The notes under the pieces: model-generated
Database searches by the model: none
The model's input: the letters and a program-made list of their open reading frames with translations, nothing else
What the model was told of the DNA's origin: nothing
Part shown: positions 9,621 to 19,502 of the stretch, piece after piece
Layout: the number at the start of each line of letters is the position of its first letter
Position numbering within the stretch: the first letter of the stretch is position 1
Program-made: the position numbers and the translations under genes
NCBI GenBank assembly: GCA_037441155.1
Contig: JBBISQ010000008.1
Location: 1-37,821 of the forward strand
Source of the DNA: Candidatus Fraserbacteria bacterium
GTDB taxonomy: Bacteria; Bipolaricaulota; Bipolaricaulia; RBG-16-55-9; DRXL01
Reading direction: 5' to 3'
Length of the DNA: 37,821 bases

Positions 9621-10947
9621 GCTGGGGTTCCGCATCAGCGGTTGTAACATTGAAGAGAACCGACGCACCAAGGAGCTCCGCTCCCTGGGCATCCCCATAG
9701 AGATTGGGCACTCGGCGTCGCACCTGCAAGACGTCACTCACGTGGTCATCTCTTCAGCCATCCCCCCAGATAATAAAGAGGTGCTCGAAGCCCACCGCTG
9801 CGGCATGCCCATCCTCCACCGACTCGATCTCCTCAACGACCTCTCATCCTCCCGATACACCATCGGTGTCACCGGCACACACGGCAAGACCACGACAACA
9901 GCCATGATCACTACTCTGCTCGAGCGCGCCTGGCTCGATCCGACCTTCGTCATTGGGGCCGCATCCCCTTCGGTAGGAACGCACGCCCGCCTGGGTCTGG
10001 GCAAATATCTCGTCGCTGAGGTCTGCGAGAGCGACGGACACTTCTTAAAGCTCCACCCTCAGATCGCCGTCATCACCAGCATCAGTCGGGATCATCTCAA
10101 CTTCTACGGCAGCGAGGAGGCACTCCTAGCGAGCTTCACCCAGTTTGCCAGCCAGAGCGCCCTCTGCGTTGCCTGCGCCGATGACCCAGGGGCACGACGA
10201 GCCGTCATCGAGCAGCTCCCTGCTGTCCTCACCTATAGCATCGAGCGTCCGGCGGACCTGGTTGCCCACGATATACACTTTTATCAGTCCCGCACAACTT
10301 TTGAGATCTCATGGCGCGGACGGCGCGTTGGAGCTGTCGAACTCCTCTATGCCCCCGGCATTCACAATGTCTACAACGCCCTGGCGGCCCTCGTCGTAGG
10401 TCGTCAGCTGGGGTTGTCATTCACTGATATGGCCGCCCATCTGAGAGATTTTCAGTTGCCAGAAAGACGCTTCCAAATTCTCGTCCGCAATGGGATCACC
10501 ATCGTGGACGACTATGCCCATCTGCCGGAACAGATCACGCGCAATCTCCAAGCGATCCGCCAGAGCTGGCATCCCTCTCGGATCGTCGCGCTCTTCCAGC
10601 CCCACCGATATACCCGCACGTACTATCTGGGCCGGGAATTCAGCACGTCATTTGATCTCGCGGATATGGTCGTGCTCACCGATATCTATCCCGCGTTTGA
10701 GCGTCCCATTGCTGGCGTGGATGTCACGCTTCTCTTGAAAGCTTTGCATCAGCGCCACGGGGCCGTCACGTACCTTCCCCGTGGGGAGGACTTCGCGCGA
10801 AGACTTTCACATCTGGTGTGCCCTGGGGACTTCGTTATCGGCTTTGGCGCGGGAGATCTGGGCACCGAGCTGCAGCAGCTTGCTCGAATCTGGAATCAGT
10901 CATATCAGGGTGATTCGTATGACCCCCCTCAAGAGAGAAAGCTATGA
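9538..10947 (+). CDS. murC: UDP-MurNAc--L-Ala ligase
   Basis: HFIGIGGDGMSGLA, GTHGKTTTT, EVCESDG, DDYAH, FQPHRYTRT; ATG 9538 after GAGGTG. Confidence 0.93.
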   Translation: MSRAHRTHLHFIGIGGDGMSGLAKVYSELGFRISGCNIEENRRTKELRSLGIPIEIGHSASHLQDVTHVVISSAIPPDNKEVLEAHRCGMPILHRLDLLNDLSSSRYTIGVTGTHGKTTTTAMITTLLERAWLDPTFVIGAASPSVGTHARLGLGKYLVAEVCESDGHFLKLHPQIAVITSISRDHLNFYGSEEALLASFTQFASQSALCVACADDPGARRAVIEQLPAVLTYSIERPADLVAHDIHFYQSRTTFEISWRGRRVGAVELLYAPGIHNVYNALAALVVGRQLGLSFTDMAAHLRDFQLPERRFQILVRNGITIVDDYAHLPEQITRNLQAIRQSWHPSRIVALFQPHRYTRTYYLGREFSTSFDLADMVVLTDIYPAFERPIAGVDVTLLLKALHQRHGAVTYLPRGEDFARRLSHLVCPGDFVIGFGAGDLGTELQQLARIWNQSYQGDSYDPPQERKL

Positions 10948-11818
10948 GAGACTGCAGAGCCGCATCCGTGGCACGCTGAAAGTAGACGAGCCCCTGGCGC
11001 GGCACACGTCATTGCGGATCGGCGGGCCGGCGGAGTACTTTGTCGTCCCCGCGGCCTTAGAAGATATTCACGAGACGCTCGCATTTGCTCGCGAGCGGGG
11101 CCTGCCGTGGATCGTCCTTGGGAACGGGACCAACGTGCTCTTCCCCGACGAGGGGTATCGCGGGGTCGTCATCAAGCTGGGGCCGTCGTTGGGGCGAATC
11201 GAGCTCAGAGAGAACAGAATCCGTGCGCAGGCGGGAGCGAGCTTGGCTGCCCTGATCTCAAAGGTCCGTGCTATTGGGCTGCGCGACCTCGACTTCTTGG
11301 TGGGGATACCCGGGAGTGTCGGCGGGGCTTTAGTCATGAACGCGGGGATCCCCGAGGGGACCATCTCCGATGTCGTCACTCGGGTGGGGGCATTGACTTT
11401 TGACGGGAAATTCATTACTCTTACTCCCGAGGAATGCCGGTTCGGCTATCGGTCGAGCCGATTCCAGGGAGAGCGACTCATTGTGATTGAGGGAGAATTT
11501 GCCTTGGGAACGGGGAAATCATGGGATGGGGAGGCGCTGCTGAGACGGCGTCGGGAGCGCCAGCCTCTGGGGGTTCCCAGCCCAGGCTGCGTCTGGCGCA
11601 ACCCGGCGGGGGCCACCGCGGGGCAGCTCATCGACCAAGCGGGATTGAAGGGATACCGGGTCGGGGGAGCGAGAATCTCCACAAAGCATGCGAACTTTAT
11701 CGTCAACGAGGGGGGGGCAACCAGCCGAGATGTCCTTCAGCTAATTGACATCACCCGGTCCGTTGTGCTTAAATACTGGGGGGTGGAGTTGAAGCTGGAG
11801 CTCGCCGTCGTCTCGTGA
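10919..11818 (+). CDS. murB: UDP-GlcNAc-enolpyruvate reductase
   Basis: HTSLRIGGPA, GNGTNVL, GIPGSVGGALVMNAG, FGYRSS, KHANFIVN. Confidence 0.94.
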   Translation: MTPLKRESYERLQSRIRGTLKVDEPLARHTSLRIGGPAEYFVVPAALEDIHETLAFARERGLPWIVLGNGTNVLFPDEGYRGVVIKLGPSLGRIELRENRIRAQAGASLAALISKVRAIGLRDLDFLVGIPGSVGGALVMNAGIPEGTISDVVTRVGALTFDGKFITLTPEECRFGYRSSRFQGERLIVIEGEFALGTGKSWDGEALLRRRRERQPLGVPSPGCVWRNPAGATAGQLIDQAGLKGYRVGGARISTKHANFIVNEGGATSRDVLQLIDITRSVVLKYWGVELKLELAVVS

Positions 11819-12498
11819 ATGACGTGCGACGCGTGGTTCTAGGAGCAATAGCAGGGCTTGTGCTCGCTCTCGCGGGGTACAAGCACCTGATAGTACGAGA
11901 GATCACCGTCGAGGGTGGTGAGAGGATCCAAGCCGAGGCGGTTCTGCAGAGATTTCCGATCCAGATCGGAATGAATTGGCTGACCGCGGATACCGAGGCC
12001 GCGCGGCAGGCCCTCATGCGGCTCCCTGATGTCCGTGACGTCTCCGTCAGGAGGGCCCTCTGGGGGCGAGTACGCATTATACTCACAGAGAAGGAAGCCT
12101 TCATGGTCGCCCAACTGGGGAAGAAGCTCTTCTGGATGGACACTGAAGGATGGCTCTTCCTCGAAGCCGAAGCGCCGCCCTTTGGGCCGATCTTGGTCGA
12201 CCCGGAGACCGTAGAGACCGAGCGTGGCCGCCGCCTGGCTGATCCCTTTTACGTAGCCCCTTTGAGCGCCCTCTCGAGCGCGCCGGGGGATCTGCTCAAT
12301 AGCATACAGACTGTGCACTTGGAAGGGAGCACTATGATACTGTCTTTTCGTGATGGCCCGGATGTCTTGATGAACATCTATGACGTCCGGAGGGACCTTG
12401 CGCGTCTGCATAAGATTCTTGCTCTTCTGGGCCGTCGCAACCTCACAAAGCTCGATCTGCGCTTCGAGCGGGTGGTTGTCGTCGGAGCTCGTCAGTAA
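11815..12498 (+). CDS. ftsQ: FtsQ/DivIB cell division protein
   Basis: N-terminal TM segment, POTRA-like domain, C-terminal LDLRF; located between murB and ftsA. Confidence 0.82.
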   Translation: MNDVRRVVLGAIAGLVLALAGYKHLIVREITVEGGERIQAEAVLQRFPIQIGMNWLTADTEAARQALMRLPDVRDVSVRRALWGRVRIILTEKEAFMVAQLGKKLFWMDTEGWLFLEAEAPPFGPILVDPETVETERGRRLADPFYVAPLSALSSAPGDLLNSIQTVHLEGSTMILSFRDGPDVLMNIYDVRRDLARLHKILALLGRRNLTKLDLRFERVVVVGARQ

Positions 12499-12514
12499 GG
12501 ATGGTGATGAGGGA

Positions 12515-13777
12515 ATGGGGGAGATCATCGTCGGTTTGGACATCGGCACGACCAAAGTTGTCGCCCTCGTCTGTAACGTCGAGGACGGGAACATCGAGAT
12601 CATCGGCATGGGGAAGGCCCCCTCGCACGGGCTGGAGAAGGGCGTTGTCGTGGACATTGGCGAAACAACAGCTTCGATCCGGCGCGCCATCGAAGAAGCC
12701 GAAAACATGGCCGATGTCAAGATCGAGCGCGTCTACGCGGGGATCGCCGGCAAACATATCTCGTCCATTAACAATTCCGGGACGGTCTCGATCTCGCGCC
12801 CCGATCGCATCATAACGCTCGATGACGTCCATCGGGTGATCGACACTGCCCAAGCGGTGCAGATCACGCCCGATAGCCAGCTCATCCACGTCATTCCGCG
12901 CCAATATATCGTAGACGGCCAAGAGGGGATCACCGATCCCGTGGGGATGACCGGCACGCGCCTCGAAGTGGACGTGCATATCGTGACCGGCTCGATCACA
13001 GCAGTCCACAACATCCGGCGCTGTGTGAATAATCTGGGCATCGAAGTCGAACAGATCGTGCTGCAGCCCCTGGCGAGCAGCTATGCTGTTCTTAACGAAG
13101 CCGAAAAAGAGCTCGGGGTAGCCCTGATGGACATCGGCGGCGGGACGACCGATATTGCGATCTTCCGCGACGGCGACATCTGGTTCAGCAAGATCCTGCC
13201 CATCGCGGGGGAGCATATCACCAACGACATCACCGTGGGTCTGCGGGTCAGCTACGAAGAAGCAGAGCGCATCAAGATCCAAGAGGGCTTGCCCCGCTTG
13301 GGCGATGAAGCCGCTGAGGAAGAGCGCATCGAGATCACGACCATCAGTGAGGAGAAGAAGACGATTTCAAAGAGAAAGCTCGCCAAGATCATCGAGCCCA
13401 GACTCGAAGAGCTGTTCGATCTTGCTATGGGGGAGATCGAAGATGTCGGCTATCGCGATCTCATCCCCGCGGGGATTGTCTTGACCGGTGGGACGTCGCT
13501 GCTGAAGGGCTTGCCGGAATTCGTTTCCCAGCGCTACGACATCTCGGTGCGGCGGGGGAGGAACCCCCAAGGGATCCACGGCCTGCGCGACATCGTGGAA
13601 AGTCCCGTCTATTCGACGGTGATCGGGCTCGTCAAATACGCGGTGGAATCGAAGGAGTACAGGGATCGAGGCGATACCGCCCCGCGGTATTGGGGGCTGA
13701 AAGGCTCGTCGAGCAGGGGCTTGGCTGGGTTCTTTGGGAGGGTGTTACGCTGGCTCAACCGCTTCTTCCGGGGGTAG
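12515..13777 (+). CDS. ftsA: Cell division protein FtsA
   Basis: GLDIGTTKV, DIGGGTTD, VLTGGTS, C-terminal amphipathic helix GFFGRVLRWLNRFF. Confidence 0.96.
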   Translation: MGEIIVGLDIGTTKVVALVCNVEDGNIEIIGMGKAPSHGLEKGVVVDIGETTASIRRAIEEAENMADVKIERVYAGIAGKHISSINNSGTVSISRPDRIITLDDVHRVIDTAQAVQITPDSQLIHVIPRQYIVDGQEGITDPVGMTGTRLEVDVHIVTGSITAVHNIRRCVNNLGIEVEQIVLQPLASSYAVLNEAEKELGVALMDIGGGTTDIAIFRDGDIWFSKILPIAGEHITNDITVGLRVSYEEAERIKIQEGLPRLGDEAAEEERIEITTISEEKKTISKRKLAKIIEPRLEELFDLAMGEIEDVGYRDLIPAGIVLTGGTSLLKGLPEFVSQRYDISVRRGRNPQGIHGLRDIVESPVYSTVIGLVKYAVESKEYRDRGDTAPRYWGLKGSSSRGLAGFFGRVLRWLNRFFRG

Positions 13778-13785
13778 GGGGTTTT

Positions 13786-14880
13786 ATGGGCCGAAACGGC
13801 TTGGCACGGATTAAAGTGATCGGCGTGGGCGGTGGCGGCGGCAACGCTGTCGACCGCATGAAGAAGGCCAAAGTCAAAGATGTCGAGCTTATCGCGGTCA
13901 ACACCGACGCGCAGGTGCTCTCGATTGTGGAGGCCGACCGGACGGTCCAGATCGGGGCGAAGCTCACTGCGGGGCTTGGGGCCGGGGGCAACCCCGAGGT
14001 CGGGCGCAAGGCCGCTGAAGAGTCAGAAGCTGAACTCGCGGCGCTGTTAGAAGACACTGATATGGTCTTCTTAACCGTGGGGATGGGCGGGGGCACCGGG
14101 ACGGGGGCCTCGCCGGTCATCGCGCGATTAGCTCGCGAAGCCGGGGTGCTCACGGTGGCTATCGTCACCAAGCCCTTCTCGTTCGAGGGGCGGCTGCGGG
14201 CCGAGCGCGCCAAGAAGGGGATCGAAGAGCTCAAACAGTACGTGGACACGCTCATCGCCATTCCCAACGATCGTCTCCTTAAAGTTGCCCCACCGGAGAT
14301 GCCCCTTGTAAAGGCCTTCGAGCTTGCTGATGACATATTGCGCCAGGGCGTCCAAGGGATTTCCGACCTGATCACAACCCCAGGGATGATCAATCTCGAC
14401 TTTGCCGATGTCGAGGCGACGATGCGGAACGCCGGGACAGCCCTGATGGGCATCGGCGAGGGCGAGGGGGAGAACCGCACCCGCGATGCCGCGCGCAACG
14501 CGATCACCAGCCCCCTGCTTGAGGGCTCTATCGAGGGGGCCCAACGATTGATATTGAACATCACGGGAGGCCCCGATCTCTCCCTCGAAGAGGTCACGGA
14601 AGCAGCCTCGCTGGTGCGAGATACGCTCTCCGATCAAGCCGATATATTCTTCGGCGCGGTCGTGCGCGAGGGCTTCGAGCGCGTGCGCATCACCGTGATC
14701 GCGACGGGGTTCAAAGAGCGCGAAGAACTCTCCAAAGAAGAGAAGATCGAGCGCGGCATTGATCTCGCCGAAGAAGACGAAGAGGAGCTCATCGAGAAAG
14801 TCGAGCGCTCCATCCGCAAAGAGGCGCGCTCCGACGACTGGGACATCCCGACGTTCTTGCGCAAGCGCAAGAACGATTAG
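13786..14880 (+). CDS. ftsZ: Cell division protein FtsZ
   Basis: IKVIGVGGGGGNAV, GGGTGTG, INLDFADV, C-terminal DIPTFLRK. Confidence 0.98.
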   Translation: MGRNGLARIKVIGVGGGGGNAVDRMKKAKVKDVELIAVNTDAQVLSIVEADRTVQIGAKLTAGLGAGGNPEVGRKAAEESEAELAALLEDTDMVFLTVGMGGGTGTGASPVIARLAREAGVLTVAIVTKPFSFEGRLRAERAKKGIEELKQYVDTLIAIPNDRLLKVAPPEMPLVKAFELADDILRQGVQGISDLITTPGMINLDFADVEATMRNAGTALMGIGEGEGENRTRDAARNAITSPLLEGSIEGAQRLILNITGGPDLSLEEVTEAASLVRDTLSDQADIFFGAVVREGFERVRITVIATGFKEREELSKEEKIERGIDLAEEDEEELIEKVERSIRKEARSDDWDIPTFLRKRKND

Positions 14881-16007
14881 AAGTCCATGCGAATGGGCAT
14901 ACAGACGTACAAGAAGCCCTGATCGGCTTCGCTCTCGCCGGGTTCGAGCAGCCCCGCGCTCTCCGCGTCCGCCAGCCACAGCCTCACTTCGTCACTCTGC
15001 AGGCGTTTCAGCGCGTCTATGAGATACTCCGCGCGAAAACTGATCTTGACCGGCTGGGCCTTCTTCTTCAAGGGGATGGTCTCATGAGCTTCCCCCTTCT
15101 CGGCGGCTTGCGAACTGAGCTTGAGCGTAGTGCCCTCGACACTCAAGATCACCGCGTCGGACTCCTCAGCCGCAGTAATCTGGGCGCGCTGCAACGCCTC
15201 TAAGAAGAGCTTTCGCTCGACAGTAATGCCAATGGGGTTCTCTTTGGGAATGACCTTCTCAAAATCGGGGTACGCTTCTTCAATCAGCCGCCCGACAAAG
15301 ACTACCGAACCCGCTTTGAAGAAGAGATAGTTTTCAGACTGATAGAGTTCAACGTGTTCTGCATCCACTTGAGAGAGGATTCCCGAAAGATCCCGCAGCG
15401 AGTCCGCCGCGACGAGAAATTCTCCCTCGCGGGACGCCTTCTGCACCAGCGATTCGGCCTTGAGCGCCAGACGATACCCGTTCGTCGCCACGACCTTCAG
15501 GGTCTCTTGCTCTAAGACTATATTGACCCCAGTCAGGCTCAAGCGAGCCGTCTCACGCGCTGAGAGCGCCGCGTACGCGACTAGTTCCAAACTGCGCTCC
15601 AGTTGCTTCTTCCCCAAAATGCAGATGGGCTCCTTGGGAAGAGTCGGCACTTCAGGATAGTCTTCCAGCGAGAGTCGGAAGAGATCAAACGTCGCCCCGC
15701 CAGAGACGATCTCGACTTTCCCCGTGCCGGAGATCGTCTTCAACTCGAACGTCTCGGCCGGCAGGGTGTTGGCGATCTTCACGAGCAGCTCGCCATTGAG
15801 CACGATCGCTTCGTCGCCCCCGCGGTTCTCCACGGGAACGGAGCACCAGATAGCACGCTCTAAATCTGTCGCATAGAGCATTAATTGATTTTTCTTCGTC
15901 TCCAACTTGAGCCCGGCCAAGATGGGCATGCTCGTCGCCCGGCCCAACGCCCGACTGACGACCTTCACGCCCATGAGAAATTCATCGCGTCCGCACGAAA
16001 ACTCCAT
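14877..16007 (-). CDS. dnaN: DNA polymerase III beta clamp
   Basis: ATDLE, VATNGYRLA, YPDFEKVIP, YLIDAL, YVCMPIR. Confidence 0.93.
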   Translation of the reverse strand: MEFSCGRDEFLMGVKVVSRALGRATSMPILAGLKLETKKNQLMLYATDLERAIWCSVPVENRGGDEAIVLNGELLVKIANTLPAETFELKTISGTGKVEIVSGGATFDLFRLSLEDYPEVPTLPKEPICILGKKQLERSLELVAYAALSARETARLSLTGVNIVLEQETLKVVATNGYRLALKAESLVQKASREGEFLVAADSLRDLSGILSQVDAEHVELYQSENYLFFKAGSVVFVGRLIEEAYPDFEKVIPKENPIGITVERKLFLEALQRAQITAAEESDAVILSVEGTTLKLSSQAAEKGEAHETIPLKKKAQPVKISFRAEYLIDALKRLQSDEVRLWLADAESAGLLEPGESEADQGFLYVCMPIRMDF

Positions 16008-16022
16008 TACTCCTTCCCTCCT

Positions 16023-16649
16023 TCAGCATTCTAGACGTTTCAACAACGGCCGAACGGCTTCCCAGATAGTCTCAGCCAGCTCGGCCGCCGGCCGCGTTCC
16101 ATCGAGCAAGAGACTGCGGGGCGTCTGTTGAGCTAACTGACGATATCCCTGGCGCACGCGCTCGTGAAACTCCCGTCCCGCCCGCTCCAGACGGTCAAAC
16201 GCCCTTCTCTTGCGCGCCAACGCGATCTCGACGGGCACGTCGAGTATGATCGTCAGCGACGGCTCGATCCCGTTGGTCGCTACTCTATTGAATTGGTGCA
16301 CCACGGTGAAGTCGAGGCCCCGGCCGTAGCCCTGATAGGCTAAGCTCGCCATGGCGAAGCGGTCGGATAAGACGACGCGCCCTTGAGCGAGCGCCGGGCG
16401 GAGGACAGTTCGGGTCAGCTCGCTGCGTGAGGCCTCATACAGCAAGAGCTCCGTCATAGGCTCCATCTCTCCCGGACGCTCCAATAAGATCTGCCGAATC
16501 TGCTCCCCCACAGGGGTGCCCCCAGGCTCGCGGATGGCCAACGCCGCGATGCCAATCGAGCGCAGACGCTCTTGTAGAGCACGAATCTGCGTGGATTTCC
16601 CACTGCCATCTATTCCCTCAAAGACGATGAAGAGACCCGCGTCGTTCAT
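16023..16649 (-). CDS. tmk: Thymidylate kinase
   Basis: FIVFEGIDGSGKSTQ, REPGGT, DRF..SLAYQGYGRG; ATGA-coupled to lspA. Confidence 0.95.
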   Translation of the reverse strand: MNDAGLFIVFEGIDGSGKSTQIRALQERLRSIGIAALAIREPGGTPVGEQIRQILLERPGEMEPMTELLLYEASRSELTRTVLRPALAQGRVVLSDRFAMASLAYQGYGRGLDFTVVHQFNRVATNGIEPSLTIILDVPVEIALARKRRAFDRLERAGREFHERVRQGYRQLAQQTPRSLLLDGTRPAAELAETIWEAVRPLLKRLEC

Positions 16650-17116
16650 ACGTGTTCCCGTTCGGGAGCATGATGGGTGAGCAAGGCCCATATTACTAAG
16701 CCCGTCCCAATGACGATTCCCACATCAGCGAGATTGAAGACGGGCCAACTGAGATCCTGCCAGCGAAATTCCAAAAAATCAATGACCGCGCCGTGCGTGA
16801 AACGATCGGTCAGGTTGCCCACAGCCCCCCCGGCAATGCAAATCAGCCCCACGATCATAGACCGCGGCTGAGGCGGGCCCCAGAGCAACAGCCCCAGAAT
16901 CCCTAGACTCACAAGGGCCGCGAGAAACGCAATGGCGCTGCCAAAGCCCTGAAAGAGTCCAAAGGCCCCGCCGTCGTTAGACGTGAGCGTCAAGCGGAAG
17001 AAGCCGTCTATGATCTCGACGGGCCGGCCAGGCTCTAAAGACTTCAGAGCGAAAGCCTTGCTCGCCTGGTCGAGCGCCACTACTCCGGCAACAGCACACA
17101 GCCTCTCTACTCTCAT
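16646..17116 (-). CDS. lspA: Lipoprotein signal peptidase II
   Basis: DQASK, NDGGAFG, GGAVGNLTDR, VIDF, FNLAD. Confidence 0.94.
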   Translation of the reverse strand: MRVERLCAVAGVVALDQASKAFALKSLEPGRPVEIIDGFFRLTLTSNDGGAFGLFQGFGSAIAFLAALVSLGILGLLLWGPPQPRSMIVGLICIAGGAVGNLTDRFTHGAVIDFLEFRWQDLSWPVFNLADVGIVIGTGLVIWALLTHHAPEREHV

Positions 17117-17201
17117 TGGGCACAGTATAGCGCGCATTGTGACGAAAATCAATTTGCAGACTCAGGCCCGCTTCTCGTATACTTTCGATGGTGAAGCCCC
17201 T

Positions 17202-18839
17202 ATGACCGCGAAGCCCTGGCTCCGACATTACCCTGAAGATATCCCGCCTACCCTCACGTACCCCAACAGACCGCTCTATGACTTCTTGGATCGCTCAGCC
17301 GAGAAATACGAGAAGGCACCGGCGTTGATCTTCTTTGGGCAACGGATCTCCTACGGTCACTTGCGCGAGCTGGTGGACCGCTTCGCGGCAGCTTTGCTAA
17401 AGATCGGCGCCCAGCCGGGCGAGAGGATCTCGCTGATGTTGCCCAATATCCCGCAGTTTGTCATCGCGTTCTACGGCGCACTCAAAGCGGGCTTGACCGT
17501 CGTCCAGACCAATCCCCTCTACACCGAAGACGAGCTCCAAGTCATCTTAGGAGATTCCCAAGCTGAGACACTCATTACTCTCGATCGCTTCTACGAGAAG
17601 GTCCTGCACGTTCAGGGGCGGACGAATCTCAAGCGCGTCATTGTCACCGGGGTGCAAGAGTTCTTCCCCGGGCTGCTGCGCTTGGGGTATCTGCTCAAAG
17701 AGCACCCCAAGAGAATCAAGCCCGCGCCTCCCAACGTCTATCTCTTCTCCGATCTCATACGGAGCGCTCCCGCTCGCGCGCCAGAAATCCCCGTGCAGAG
17801 CAGTGACATCGCGCTCTTTCAGTACACCGGCGGGACGACCGGCATCCCCAAAGGAGCCATGCTCACCCAGAGAAACTTAGTAGCCAACACCCTCCAAGCG
17901 CGCTCATGGTTTCCCCGCGCCCGACCGGCCCAAGAGATATGCCTGTGTGTATTGCCCCTCTTTCACGTCTACGCTATGACCGTTGCGCTCAATCTGACCA
18001 TAGCCCTCTCCGGCGCGCTCATCTTGGTCCCGCGCTTCCAGATAGACGAATTGCTAAAGATAATAGACCGTGAGCGCCCTACGCTCTTCCCCGGCGCCCC
18101 CACGCTCTATGCCGCCATCGCTCACCATCCCCGGGTGAAGGAGTTCCACGTCAGCTCCATCAAAGCGTGTATTAGTGGGTCAGCCCCGCTCCCTCTAGAA
18201 GTCAAGAGGCGCTTCGAGGAGCTGACCGGGGCAGCGCTCGTCGAGGGCTATGGCCTCTCGGAAGCCTCGCCCGTGACCCATTGCAACCCACTCTATGGGA
18301 AGCAAGTTTCGGGGAGCATCGGCATTCCCTTCCCCGACACCGACGCCAAGATCGTCGACCCAACGTCAGGGCGGGAGCTGCCCGTCGGGGAGATCGGCGA
18401 ATTGGTCATCCAGGGCCCGCAAGTGATGGCCGGCTATTGGAACCGTCCCGAAGAGACAGCGATGGCGCTCCGCGACGGCTGGCTGCACACAGGAGACTTG
18501 GCTCGCATGGACGACGACGGGTATTTTTATATCGTTGACCGCCTCAAGGAGATGATCATCTGTTCGGGGTTGAAAGTCTACCCTCGCGAGGTCGAAGAAG
18601 TCTTATATAAACACCCCAAGGTGCTGGAGGCCGCTGTCATTGGGGTTCCCGACGCCTATCGTGGCGAGACGGTGAAAGCGCTCATCGTGCCCAAGCCGGG
18701 GACAAACCCGACCGCCGACGAGATCAAAGCCTTCTGCACAGAGCACTTGGCGAAGTACAAAGTGCCGACCATCGTCGAGTTTCGCGAGTCGCTGCCCAAG
18801 AGCATCGTGGGCAAGATCTTGAAGAGAGACCTCCGATGA
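17202..18839 (+). CDS. fadD: Long-chain fatty acid--CoA ligase
   Basis: QYTGGTTGIPKGAMLT, EGYGLSEASP, GWLHTGD, VDRLKEMI, KSIVGKILK. Confidence 0.9.
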   Translation: MTAKPWLRHYPEDIPPTLTYPNRPLYDFLDRSAEKYEKAPALIFFGQRISYGHLRELVDRFAAALLKIGAQPGERISLMLPNIPQFVIAFYGALKAGLTVVQTNPLYTEDELQVILGDSQAETLITLDRFYEKVLHVQGRTNLKRVIVTGVQEFFPGLLRLGYLLKEHPKRIKPAPPNVYLFSDLIRSAPARAPEIPVQSSDIALFQYTGGTTGIPKGAMLTQRNLVANTLQARSWFPRARPAQEICLCVLPLFHVYAMTVALNLTIALSGALILVPRFQIDELLKIIDRERPTLFPGAPTLYAAIAHHPRVKEFHVSSIKACISGSAPLPLEVKRRFEELTGAALVEGYGLSEASPVTHCNPLYGKQVSGSIGIPFPDTDAKIVDPTSGRELPVGEIGELVIQGPQVMAGYWNRPEETAMALRDGWLHTGDLARMDDDGYFYIVDRLKEMIICSGLKVYPREVEEVLYKHPKVLEAAVIGVPDAYRGETVKALIVPKPGTNPTADEIKAFCTEHLAKYKVPTIVEFRESLPKSIVGKILKRDLR

Positions 18840-19477
18840 GCGAGTCCGTCGTGCGCTTGCACCTCACAACACAGCGTTCCTTCCCAGAGCCGTCCCGCTG
18901 GTTGACCCCTCCAGAGCTTCGCGCCTTGGAGAGAATCAAGAGACTGAAACACCGTCGAGACTGGCTGGCCGGGCGCTGGGCCGCCAAAGAGCTACTCCAA
19001 CAATATTTATACGAAGAAGCCGGACTGAAGCTCACCCCTCTTCACATCGAGATCATGCACGACGAGAACGGCGCACCGTACGCGAGATTGCCCACAGGGC
19101 CGTTGGGCTTGTGCCTCTCCCTCGCCCACAGCGCTGGGCACGGCCTCGCAGGAATCTCGCTCTCAGGGTCCCTAGGCGTTGATCTGCAGCACATTCGCCC
19201 TGTGCGCCCTGATCTCGCGGAGCGCGTGCTCGCGGAGCATGAGCGGGCGCAGCTCATCACTCATTTTGGCGAGCAAACCCCAGAGGGGCTGCTCGTCTTG
19301 TGGGCGCTCAAAGAAGCAGCGATCAAAGCCCAGCGCACGCGCCCCGCTCCGCCACTGCACGAGATCTCCGTCACCTTGATAGAGCCAAGATGCGCTGAGA
19401 TCTTCGTGCGAGATCGCGCGCTGCTGGCTCGATGGGGCCGCTGGGGGGAGTTCATCTGGTCCTGGGCCGTAGGCTAA
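18836..19477 (+). CDS. 4'-phosphopantetheinyl transferase family protein (Sfp-like)
   Basis: WLAGRWAAKE, LSLAHS, GVDLQ, WALKEAAIKA; ATGA-coupled to fadD. Confidence 0.8.
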   Translation: MSESVVRLHLTTQRSFPEPSRWLTPPELRALERIKRLKHRRDWLAGRWAAKELLQQYLYEEAGLKLTPLHIEIMHDENGAPYARLPTGPLGLCLSLAHSAGHGLAGISLSGSLGVDLQHIRPVRPDLAERVLAEHERAQLITHFGEQTPEGLLVLWALKEAAIKAQRTRPAPPLHEISVTLIEPRCAEIFVRDRALLARWGRWGEFIWSWAVG

Positions 19478-19502
19478 TAGACTAGTACACAACGGAAGGG
19501 AT

